Part shown: piece after piece, positions 29,753 to 37,103 of the stretch
How the letters are laid out: every line of letters starts with the position of its first letter
Numbering within the stretch: the first letter of the stretch is position 1
From: Lentisphaerota bacterium
GTDB lineage: Bacteria > Verrucomicrobiota > Kiritimatiellia > RFP12 > UBA1067
Direction: 5' to 3'
NCBI GenBank assembly: GCA_015061665.1
Contig: SUWC01000001.1
Coordinates: 35,737 to 99,736, forward strand
DNA length: 64,000 nt
Position numbers and translations under genes: made by a program
The notes under the pieces: generated by a model
Told to the model about the DNA's origin: nothing
Databases searched by the model: none
What the model saw: only the letters and a program-made list of their open reading frames with translations

Positions 29753-31351
29753 ATGGAACCTTGCGAAAAGAAAATTAAGGTGCCCACCACGGGGTTGTTT
29801 GACTTCCCTGAGCTTATACTCGGGGGCGAGGGAAAGTATGTAGACAAGACCGACCTTCTGTACAGGCTTGCCTCGCCAACGGCCGATGCGCAGCTTTTCA
29901 TCTCGCGTCCGCGTCGCTTCGGCAAGTCGCTCATGCTCTCCACTTTGAAGGCGATGTTCGAGGGACGTCGCGACCTATTCAAGGGCCTTGCCATCGATGC
30001 GCTTCCCTGGGAGGGATGGGAGCGGCCTCGCCCCGTGCTCTTTTTCGACATGTCGCGCCTTTCGCCGTCCGAAGGCCGTAAAGCGATGGAAATCGCCCTT
30101 GCCGGACAGATCCGAGAGGCTGCGGAAACGTTTGGCGTGGGTCCGCTGGACACGGGCTCCATAGGGTTCGCGTTCGACGAGTTGATCAGAAGGGTGGCGG
30201 CGACATCGAGCGACGGCAAGGTCGTCGTTCTGGTAGACGAATACGACGCGCCAATGACGAGCGTCCTTGACGATCATGAGTATCTGCGCTGGATGAGGTT
30301 CTTCCTGCATGATTTCTACTGCCGCCTCAAGAGCAATTCCGGCATCATCCGGTTCCTCATGATGACTGGCGTGACGAAGCTCACGAAGCTGTCGATCTTC
30401 TCTGGGCTGAACCACCTAACCGACCTTACGATGGATCCGCGCTTCGCGACATTGCTCGGCTACACGCCGGAGGAGCTGGACGGTCCCCTGCGCGAGAACG
30501 TCGAGGTGTTCGCCGCGCAGAACGGCATGGACTTCGCGGCCGCGAAGAAGGCGCTTCTCTCCTGGTACGACGGATATAGGTTTTCGCCCGACTCCGAGGC
30601 GAAGGTGTGCAATCCAGTGTCGCTCGGCAAGGCGCTGAAGACATGCAAGCTGAAGAACTACTGGGAGGCGACGGGCCACGCCACGATCATCGTCAACCGC
30701 ATCAAGGCCGCGGACGAGATTCCTGCGGACCTGAACGGACTGGTTGTTTCGCAGACGCAGCTTGATGTCTGCGATGCCGAGACGATGCCGATCGAGGCGT
30801 TGCTCTACCAGGGTGGATATCTGACCATCAAGCGTGTGCGCGCCTCGGGGCGCCTCGAACTTGGAATGCCGAACGAGGAAATCTCCACTTCCCTGTCCGA
30901 GGGCTACGTCGCGACCTTGCTTCGCAACGGCATGTCCGACTGGAACGAAGAACTGGCGGACGCGCAGGACGACTTGATCGAGAAGGGCGTGGAGACGCTT
31001 CTTAAGAAGAACCTCAAGTCCGCGTTCGCTGCGGTTCCGCACGAGTGGAAGATCGAGAGCGAGCGTGAGGCGAAGCGCTACTTCCTTTTGTTCATGAAGC
31101 TGATCGGCTCTGAGATCTCCGGCGAGCGGCAGAGCGCGCGCGGAAGGGCGGACGCGATACTCAAGGACAAGAGCGGCGTCTACGTCTTCGAGTTCAAGTA
31201 CGGCAAGTCGGCGGCGGAGGCGCTCCAGCAGGCCCGCACGAAGGAGTACGCGGGCCCCTGGCTCGACGGCGCGCCGCCGGTCTTCTACGTTGGCGTCAAC
31301 TATGATCCCGCGAAGCGCGGTATCGACGACCCGCTCGTCGAACCTGCGTAG
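29753..31351 (+). CDS. Predicted AAA-ATPase (PF09820-like) with C-terminal PD-(D/E)xK nuclease domain (DUF1703-like)
   Basis: N-terminus KIKVPTTGLFDFPELILGGEGKYVDKTDLL and the P-loop-like RRFGKSLMLS match the family. C-terminus GRADAIL...YVFEFKYGKS gives D...E-x-K. TATAAT sits 3 nt before the ATG (near-leaderless). Confidence 0.7.
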   Translation: MEPCEKKIKVPTTGLFDFPELILGGEGKYVDKTDLLYRLASPTADAQLFISRPRRFGKSLMLSTLKAMFEGRRDLFKGLAIDALPWEGWERPRPVLFFDMSRLSPSEGRKAMEIALAGQIREAAETFGVGPLDTGSIGFAFDELIRRVAATSSDGKVVVLVDEYDAPMTSVLDDHEYLRWMRFFLHDFYCRLKSNSGIIRFLMMTGVTKLTKLSIFSGLNHLTDLTMDPRFATLLGYTPEELDGPLRENVEVFAAQNGMDFAAAKKALLSWYDGYRFSPDSEAKVCNPVSLGKALKTCKLKNYWEATGHATIIVNRIKAADEIPADLNGLVVSQTQLDVCDAETMPIEALLYQGGYLTIKRVRASGRLELGMPNEEISTSLSEGYVATLLRNGMSDWNEELADAQDDLIEKGVETLLKKNLKSAFAAVPHEWKIESEREAKRYFLLFMKLIGSEISGERQSARGRADAILKDKSGVYVFEFKYGKSAAEALQQARTKEYAGPWLDGAPPVFYVGVNYDPAKRGIDDPLVEPA

Positions 31352-33240
31352 CAATAAGGGCGTGGAGCAGTCGACTTCCAAGTCACTGGCTGTTTCCACA
31401 ATTCCATAATTCCACAATTACCCTGCTTGCTGTGTAAGGGCTTGGCTTCGTTCGGGGCAACGGTCCTCGCCTTTTGATACGGCCGATTTGCGCGTCCTCA
31501 CGCGGCTCGGCAACCGCTAGGTTTGCCTTTGCCGCGAGTCCTGCTCAAATCGGCTCGTCTGAAAAGGTTCCGGTCCGCGCGGCCCCGATCGAAGCCAACC
31601 TTGCATTTTCGAAAACGTTCGCCGCGACGCCTTCGCGCCGGACGCCCCGGCCCCGCAGAGCCGTCCGGCTCCTCCCGCGCCCATCATCGGCAATCCGCCT
31701 CGCCTGGCTTCGTCGCGCGACGACGTGGCTTGCGCCGCGCCGCCGCGCGTCCTTGCCATGCTCGCGTCTTGCCGCGCTGGACGCGAGCCGGAGGCGTTCG
31801 ACCTGCTCCGCCAGTTCGTCCGTCGCTAGTCGTTGCGTCTCGCTTGTGCCGCATTGCGCGCTGCCGTGCGTGGTCCTCCCCGGTCCAAAACGGGCTTCTC
31901 GCCAGTGAGTCAAGCCTTTGCGGTCAAACAACAAAAAGGGCGTGGAGCAGTCGACTTTTCAGTCGCTACGCATTCGCCTTCCTCGCGCGCTCCCGATTCG
32001 TCTGATTCGGTGCGAGGCCTGTGAATGTCCGTCGCGGGATGCGCCTGTCGCGAAGCGATCAGGTTGGGTGAGCGCAAAGCGCGAACTGCGAAGCAGCCGC
32101 CAGGCCCCGCGCGACGGACCCCCTGCAAGTGTCATTCCTTGCCAATGTATTCGTCCAGATGCGCTGCTCTATGTGAAATCGTGCAGGGAGTGCGCGACGG
32201 CTACTCCGTGTTGTCTACGAAGATCGGGCGCGTATCCGCATTTGGTTCCCCGCTCCTTGCTATTAGGTGTTAAGACAAGAAACCACGAAATACACCAAAT
32301 ACACGAAAGGGGAGACAAAGTGACCGTCCTAGGCCAATCGACACTTCGCACGAAAAACATTATCGTGCCTATTGCACTGAATGTTACATATTTGCTAAAA
32401 TATGGGTGGCGAAGGCGAAAGCCGGAGTCACCGGCAGGCGGAAAAGTTTCCGCTGATGGCGAGGAGTAATCCTCGCCATTACTTTTATCGTTGTAAATTG
32501 AGACTAAGCAGTCGTTTGCAATTTACTCTTCAAAGACTGTCTATGTTGATGATGTCCACCCCGCGGAATATAGACTATTTCAAGTCGCTGATACTCTTTG
32601 CACGCTAGAATTAACGAGGGCGAAGCTAGATGCAGGAGATAGGCTTTCTGCATCTGAGTTTGAGTTCTTTGGAGGAATTCAGAACTTGAGGAAGCAATAT
32701 TTAAAGCCAATCTCCCGCAAGCGCCTGTGAAGAAATTGCTTTCGATGCGCTTATCCACTATGGGCCCGTGCATCGAGTGCGCGACGGCTAGAACAGAGAA
32801 TGTAAAATAAAAAGTGTAAAATGTAAACCTCTAGAACCACTAGAACATCTAGCCCCAGTCCCGCTAGATGGCGAGTTATTCACCTAGAAGAATGTAAAAT
32901 GTAAAGTGTAAAATGTAAAGTTGCTAGCGCATCGCTAAATCCCAGTGCGACGCTCACATTTTTAGCGGAGGGGTGGCGAGCCGCCCGCCCGCACGGATCG
33001 GGCGACGTCGTCGGGCGCCACCCCGTAGCGACTGAGAAGCCCCGGCTCGCCGCCGTAGCGCTCACGGGGTCATGCGACCACACGAGTGCTCACCCCCCCA
33101 GATCGCCGCATACCACTATATATTGTGCCCGACATAGGCCAATCGACGCTTCGTATACAACCCCGTAAAAAAATTCACATTTCCCCCTTGCGGGGGAAGA
33201 GAAAATGTGCTAAGATATAGTCGTCAAGTAAGAAAAGGAG
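31352..33240. repeat. 1.9-kb repeat-rich spacer with no credible ORF
   Basis: Contains AAGGGCGTGGAGCAGTCGACTT x2 (31358, 31925); the 100-bp element copy 2 (32168-32270) and a partial copy at 32750-32790; TGTAAAATGTAAA heptamer runs (32800-32930); and blocks shared with 28.6-29.1 kb. All track ORFs here look like GC-driven artefacts. Confidence 0.7.
33185..33222 (+). promoter_or_regulatory. Promoter of the secreted-protein gene: CCCCCTTGCGG-N17-TAAGAT
   Basis: TTGCGG at 33188-33193 inside the palindrome-like CCCCCTTGCGGGGG; TAAGAT(ATAG) at 33211; SD AAAAGGAG before the ATG at 33248. Confidence 0.55.
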
Positions 33241-33247
33241 ACTGCAA

Positions 33248-34984
33248 ATGAAAAAACTACTTACTGTATTAGCTGCCTCGGTTGGCATCGCGGCTTTTGC
33301 GGCGGAAGGTGATCCGCTCTCGGCCACGAGCTTCGAGAACTATAGTGGCGACTTCAGCGTCACCAAGGGCGATGCTGGTGGCGATTCTGTTCCAGCTGGC
33401 GATCGCACTTGGGCAGGTGATGCTGACGCGGATGGCGACACGAACGTCATCACCGAGTATGGCGAAGCTACTAAGCCCGCGAACCGTCCTGACTACTATG
33501 CCGGAAACAATCAGGCGCAGTCCAAGTTTCTTAAGGTCGACTCCACCGCTGGTCTTGCCCGCTATGTAAACGCAGGCGGCGGTGCGCAAGGTTTGGGCTC
33601 GAACGTCTACTTTGACATGGACGTTCAGTTCACGGTCTCCGACAGCGTTCAGGAAGCTGCCGAGGGCGACAAGCTCCTCGTCTGGCTCTATGCGCCGGAT
33701 ACCGAGAACGCTCAGACCAACCTTGTCATCACGGCGGCGACGATTGCCAGCAACTTGGAAACGACGCCGGTTAACTATGTCGTCGCGGTTCCTGAGACAT
33801 CTGTTCAGGCTGACACGTGGTATCGTCTGACTGTTGTTTCGACCACAAAGGATGTGAGCAGTGCTGCGGTTCCCCACTTCCAGGTCTATATTGACGGCAA
33901 GCAGGCGATTCCTACGGGCACGATGGCTTCCGATGGTGCGATTACCGCGCTTCTGGGGCATGACGGCCTCTTCGGCAGCCTTGTTGCGTACAATCAGGAG
34001 GACGACACCACCACCACCCTCACCTCTGTCACGTTCAAGGGCACGGGTGCGGTTGATGATCTCGTCGTCACCACCGTCAAGCCGAGCTTCATCCCGGAAG
34101 ACGTACTCCCGTTCGCAATCGGCGATCAGCCGTATGCTTCCCTTGCTGATGCGCTTGATGCGGCCGAGGATAGTGATGTGATTAAGGTTATGGCCAATAA
34201 CACAAGCGACATTGGCGAAATTGGCGAGGCTACGATTGACCTTAACGGCAAGACGCTGACATTCAGTGCAGATGAGATAGAGGTTACTGTTGGCCTTGTG
34301 TTTATCAACTCTGCGGCTGCTGAGGCTACGGTTGCCGGATCGGAGGGAACGACATTCTTGGTTCAAGACGGTACATTGACGATTGGCGCATCTGACGATG
34401 CTGGTGCAGTCACGATGACCGCAGTGATCGCTGCCTACAACACGGTCAAGGTCTATGGTTCCAATACTAAGCCGGCTCTCAGCAATGATGGTGACCTCAA
34501 GGCATGGTCGACGGCGGCAGATGAAGATGGTTATTACACGGCTGTTGCGGGTGGCGGAGAGCCGACGAGCGACACGTATGATATTCCTGGAGATGCTTCG
34601 CTCAGCGATGGCGGCACGATAACGGTTCCTAATGGAACTGCCAAGATCAAGCTCGGTGACAATGATGTCACGGCTGGCTTTACGATCAACGGCACGACCG
34701 CGACGCTCAAGGCGCCTGTCATTGAGGCGACGGCTGATACGACCGATGAAGACACCAAGGACGAGGCTCTCGTTGTCACCGACACTGAGGTCAAGATCGG
34801 TGTGAAGGCTGTCAAGGGCCTCTACTACGGAGTCGGCTCCAGCACCGACGTTACGAAGGTTGCACGTCCTGCGGCGCTCATCAAGTTCACGGGCGACAAC
34901 AGGGTCGAGATCTTCACGAAGGACAAGACCGAGAATGCCGACGGCGAGTTCTACAAGGTCTACGTCGACATCAAGGCTGAGTAA
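33248..34984 (+). CDS. Secreted protein of unknown function (578 aa; signal peptide; Asp/Thr-rich beta-rich)
   Basis: MKKLLTVLAASVGIAAFAAEG signal peptide, strong SD, consensus promoter and a strong intrinsic terminator, consistent with a highly expressed extracellular protein. Confidence 0.8.
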   Translation: MKKLLTVLAASVGIAAFAAEGDPLSATSFENYSGDFSVTKGDAGGDSVPAGDRTWAGDADADGDTNVITEYGEATKPANRPDYYAGNNQAQSKFLKVDSTAGLARYVNAGGGAQGLGSNVYFDMDVQFTVSDSVQEAAEGDKLLVWLYAPDTENAQTNLVITAATIASNLETTPVNYVVAVPETSVQADTWYRLTVVSTTKDVSSAAVPHFQVYIDGKQAIPTGTMASDGAITALLGHDGLFGSLVAYNQEDDTTTTLTSVTFKGTGAVDDLVVTTVKPSFIPEDVLPFAIGDQPYASLADALDAAEDSDVIKVMANNTSDIGEIGEATIDLNGKTLTFSADEIEVTVGLVFINSAAAEATVAGSEGTTFLVQDGTLTIGASDDAGAVTMTAVIAAYNTVKVYGSNTKPALSNDGDLKAWSTAADEDGYYTAVAGGGEPTSDTYDIPGDASLSDGGTITVPNGTAKIKLGDNDVTAGFTINGTTATLKAPVIEATADTTDEDTKDEALVVTDTEVKIGVKAVKGLYYGVGSSTDVTKVARPAALIKFTGDNRVEIFTKDKTENADGEFYKVYVDIKAE

Positions 34985-35007
34985 GCTCTAGCGACAGCGA
35001 AAACGAG

Positions 35008-35042
35008 GCCCGTGGCAGAAATGCCGCGGGCTTTGTTTTTTT
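35008..35042 (+). terminator. Rho-independent terminator
   Basis: Stem GCCCGTGGC / GCCGCGGGC (one mismatch), loop AGAAAT, followed by TTTGTTTTTTT. Confidence 0.75.
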
Positions 35043-35044
35043 GG

Positions 35045-35126
35045 ATGGGGAATGGGGAACGGGGAATGGGGAACGGGAAGAGGGGGAATGGGGAATGGGA
35101 AGAGGGGGAACGGGGAATGGGAAGGG
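35045..35126. repeat. G-rich heptamer tandem repeat (GGGGAAT/GGGGAAC x about 11), potential G-quadruplex-forming
   Basis: GGGGAATGGGGAACGGGGAATGGGGAACGGGAAGAGGGGGAATGGGGAATGGGAAGAGGGGGAACGGGGAATGGGAAGGGC. Inverted copy of the 29696-29738 block. Confidence 0.8.
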
Positions 35127-35169
35127 CTCGGCAAGATTCGCATCACGAATGCCTATTCGAGGCTACACG

Positions 35170-35290
35170 AAAATTGGCGCCCGAAGACTATATTCGCTGA
35201 ACCCATAATAGCAAGGAGTGGGGAACCAAATGCGGATACGCGCCCTTGCCGCGAAGCCAATACGGAGTAGCCGTCGCGCACTCGCTGCAC
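35170..35290 (-). repeat. Conserved roughly 100-bp repeat element, copy 3 (inverted orientation), immediately upstream of the RAYT gene
   Basis: Reverse complement reads CGTGCAGCGAGTGCGCGACGGCTACTCCGTATTGGCTTCGCGGCAAGGGCGCGTATCCGCATTTGGTTCCCCACTCCTTGCTATTATGGGTTC. Confidence 0.75.
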
Positions 35291-35423
35291 GTATTCAACG
35301 TCGATAGGCGCGTCTTTGGCGTAAGGGTAGCGCGTAATCGCAAACACAGACAACCTCGCGGCTTTCCAGCTTTTGAAAATGATATAATATCAAAGATTTC
35401 AAATTAGCCTGGAGGCGAGATAC

Positions 35424-36797
35424 GTGGAAATAAAAGCCGAGATACAGCCATCGAAGTTAAGACGATGCAATGGTTGGGATTACCGCCAGCCTTGCATCTA
35501 TCAGATAACAATTGTTTTAGCCAATAGGAAAAGCCAGCTGCTGGGGCGGCTTGTGGTGGGGGAAGCTGCCGCGCCAGAGGGCAAATCAAGTCGTTCTGTG
35601 CTTGAAGCGGCAGCTTCAAGTTACACTTCTCTTTCCCCGGCGGGCGAGGCGGTAAAGGCCGAATTTTTCAAGATAGGCGAGCATCACCCTGAGATAAAGC
35701 CGCTTGAAATCATGGTTATGCCCGATCACTGCCATTTCATAATTCGCGTAATGCGGCCGATGGCCAAGCCGCTCGGCAACGCGATAGGCGGCTTCAAGGC
35801 CGGCAGCTCAAAGGCAGCAATCGGAAAGCCTGGCCTATGGGCAGATGGCTTTCAAGATACCATACTCTTTCACGAGGGCCAGCTCGCGGCGATGTTTACC
35901 TATTTGCGCGACAACCCACGAAGGCTGGCAGTTAAACGGCTGATGCCAGAGCTTTTCAGGGTAAGAAGGGGCTTGAAACTGCCGCTTCAAGTGGGAAGCA
36001 ACCACGAGCTGCCGCTCGTGGCACAGAACAAGAACCCCGAGCTGCCGCTCGTGGCACAGAACAACAACCCCGAGCTGCCGCTCGTGGCTGAGAGCAACTT
36101 GAAGCTGCCGCTCGTGGCACAGAACAAGAACAAGTCGGCTTTCTTGAGTTGCTCTGAGCCAAAGGCGGAAGCCTTTGGTTTCTTCACCGCCATCGGCAAC
36201 CACTTTCTTCTTAGAGCGCCAAGTATATTGCAGGTTCAGGTATCGCGGCGAGATTTTGCCTATAGGCGCGTGGCGAAGCCGGGCGGCGGGGTTAAGATAG
36301 AGCGCGATGACGCCGGCTGCCCTTTGGCGGCGGCGGCAACGCCAGCTTTCATCGAAAAGCGCGATGAGCTGATGGCAGCCGCTGAACATGGCGCCGTTTT
36401 GATAAGTCCCTGCATCAGCGACGGCGAAAGAGAAATCGCGAGGCTTGCTTTTTCGAAGGGCTTGAAGGTTGTCACCCTTTCGAACAAAGGCTTTTCACCG
36501 CTTTACAAGCCTGGCGGCAAGCTCTTTGATATGACAGCCAATGGCAATTTGCTTATGCTCGCGCCAATAAACTGGCCATATTGCCCAGGCGAGAAAAAGA
36601 TGACTCGCATCGACGCCTGCATACTCAACCGAATCGCCCAGTGGCTAGCCGGGAGCGGGGCTGCCAAGATCGACTACAAGGGCATGAAGCCCAATGACAT
36701 CGACCGCCTCGCTAGGAGCGCCATTTACCGGCACCAACTCGCCACTTCAGCTGCGATAGCGCCTGCGGCGCGAACCACGAAAACGCGGCTCATCTGA
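35424..36797 (+). CDS. REP-associated tyrosine transposase (RAYT; IS200/Y1 HuH) fused via an 11-aa tandem-repeat linker to a C-terminal domain of about 230 aa of unknown function
   Basis: Conserved RAYT blocks: ITIVLANRKSQLLGRL; the HuH motif MPDHCHFIIRV; LWADGFQDTILFHE; and the catalytic-Tyr motif TYLRDNPRRLAV (the Y-x-x-x-N-P helix). Then ELPLVAQNKNP x4-5. Then a C-terminal region (ISPCISDGEREIARLAFSKGLKVVTL...) with no recognised motif. Confidence 0.75.
   Translation: MEIKAEIQPSKLRRCNGWDYRQPCIYQITIVLANRKSQLLGRLVVGEAAAPEGKSSRSVLEAAASSYTSLSPAGEAVKAEFFKIGEHHPEIKPLEIMVMPDHCHFIIRVMRPMAKPLGNAIGGFKAGSSKAAIGKPGLWADGFQDTILFHEGQLAAMFTYLRDNPRRLAVKRLMPELFRVRRGLKLPLQVGSNHELPLVAQNKNPELPLVAQNNNPELPLVAESNLKLPLVAQNKNKSAFLSCSEPKAEAFGFFTAIGNHFLLRAPSILQVQVSRRDFAYRRVAKPGGGVKIERDDAGCPLAAAATPAFIEKRDELMAAAEHGAVLISPCISDGEREIARLAFSKGLKVVTLSNKGFSPLYKPGGKLFDMTANGNLLMLAPINWPYCPGEKKMTRIDACILNRIAQWLAGSGAAKIDYKGMKPNDIDRLARSAIYRHQLATSAAIAPAARTTKTRLI
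35974..36135 (+). repeat. 33-bp tandem repeat (4 copies plus a degenerate fifth) inside the RAYT-fusion ORF, each unit forming the hairpin CCACGAGC-TGCC-GCTCGTGG
   Basis: GAGCTGCCGCTCGTGGCACAGAACAAGAACCCC repeated at 36007, 36040, 36073 and 36106. In frame, encoding ELPLVAQNKNP. Confidence 0.85.
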
Positions 36798-37003
36798 CGC
36801 GCGGCTCAAGGCTTGCAAATTCTCCGCGCAAGGGGTTGTGGGAGCGCGGTAAAAATCGCCAAGAAAATATTTTGCCTCTTAATGGCCATAAAAACCACAA
36901 TATATTGGGGTGTTTTGATTTCCTATCGCCACTAGGGGCGAAAGTTTGCTAAAATAATAAGTGATAGTGGGTAAATTGTGCCTTCTGCAGGCGCTATTCT
37001 CCT

Positions 37004-37091
37004 GTTATCTACAGTTGTCGATAACTTGTCGGCAACCCTGTTGGCAAGATGATGAAGTTGTCAAAGGGATGTTGACAAGTCTGTTGGCAGA
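37004..37091 (+). promoter_or_regulatory. Array of six direct repeats T(T)GTYRRCAA immediately upstream of the megaprotein gene (candidate operator)
   Basis: TTGTCGATAA 37016, TTGTCGGCAA 37026, TGTTGGCAAG 37039, TTGTCAAAG 37058, TGTTGACAAG 37070 and TGTTGGCAG 37083, spaced 10-19 bp apart. The array ends 13 nt before the GTG start. Confidence 0.45.
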
Positions 37092-37103
37092 AAGGAACGA
37101 AAG

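Noticed and set aside
31474-32469. Track ORFs in the 31.4-33.2 kb spacer (31474..31908+, 31523..32005+, 31545..31934-, 31918..32469+)
   Set aside because: Mutually overlapping, no SD or promoter, translations are Arg/Ala/Pro-rich. The region is built from repeats, so it is treated as non-coding and possibly pseudogenised.
35424-35990. Idea that the RAYT domain is catalytically dead because WADGF aligns with a Tyr in some IS200 motifs
   Set aside because: On alignment with E. coli TnpA-REP the catalytic Tyr lies in the Y-x-x-x-N-P helix (YIHWNPVKHG), which is conserved here as TYLRDNPRRLAV. The HuH pair is also present. The domain is therefore probably intact.
36798-36860. CCCCTTGCGCGG motif downstream of the RAYT gene as a minus-strand promoter
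   Set aside because: The -35-like element is present in reverse orientation, but no acceptable -10 lies at 17-18 nt. Probably a fortuitous motif or a palindromic repeat fragment.
28440-37103. CRISPR array or cas genes in the repeat-rich island
   Set aside because: The repeats are heterogeneous (octamers, heptamers, 100-bp mosaic units) without regularly spaced identical direct repeats separated by unique spacers. No Cas-like ORFs.
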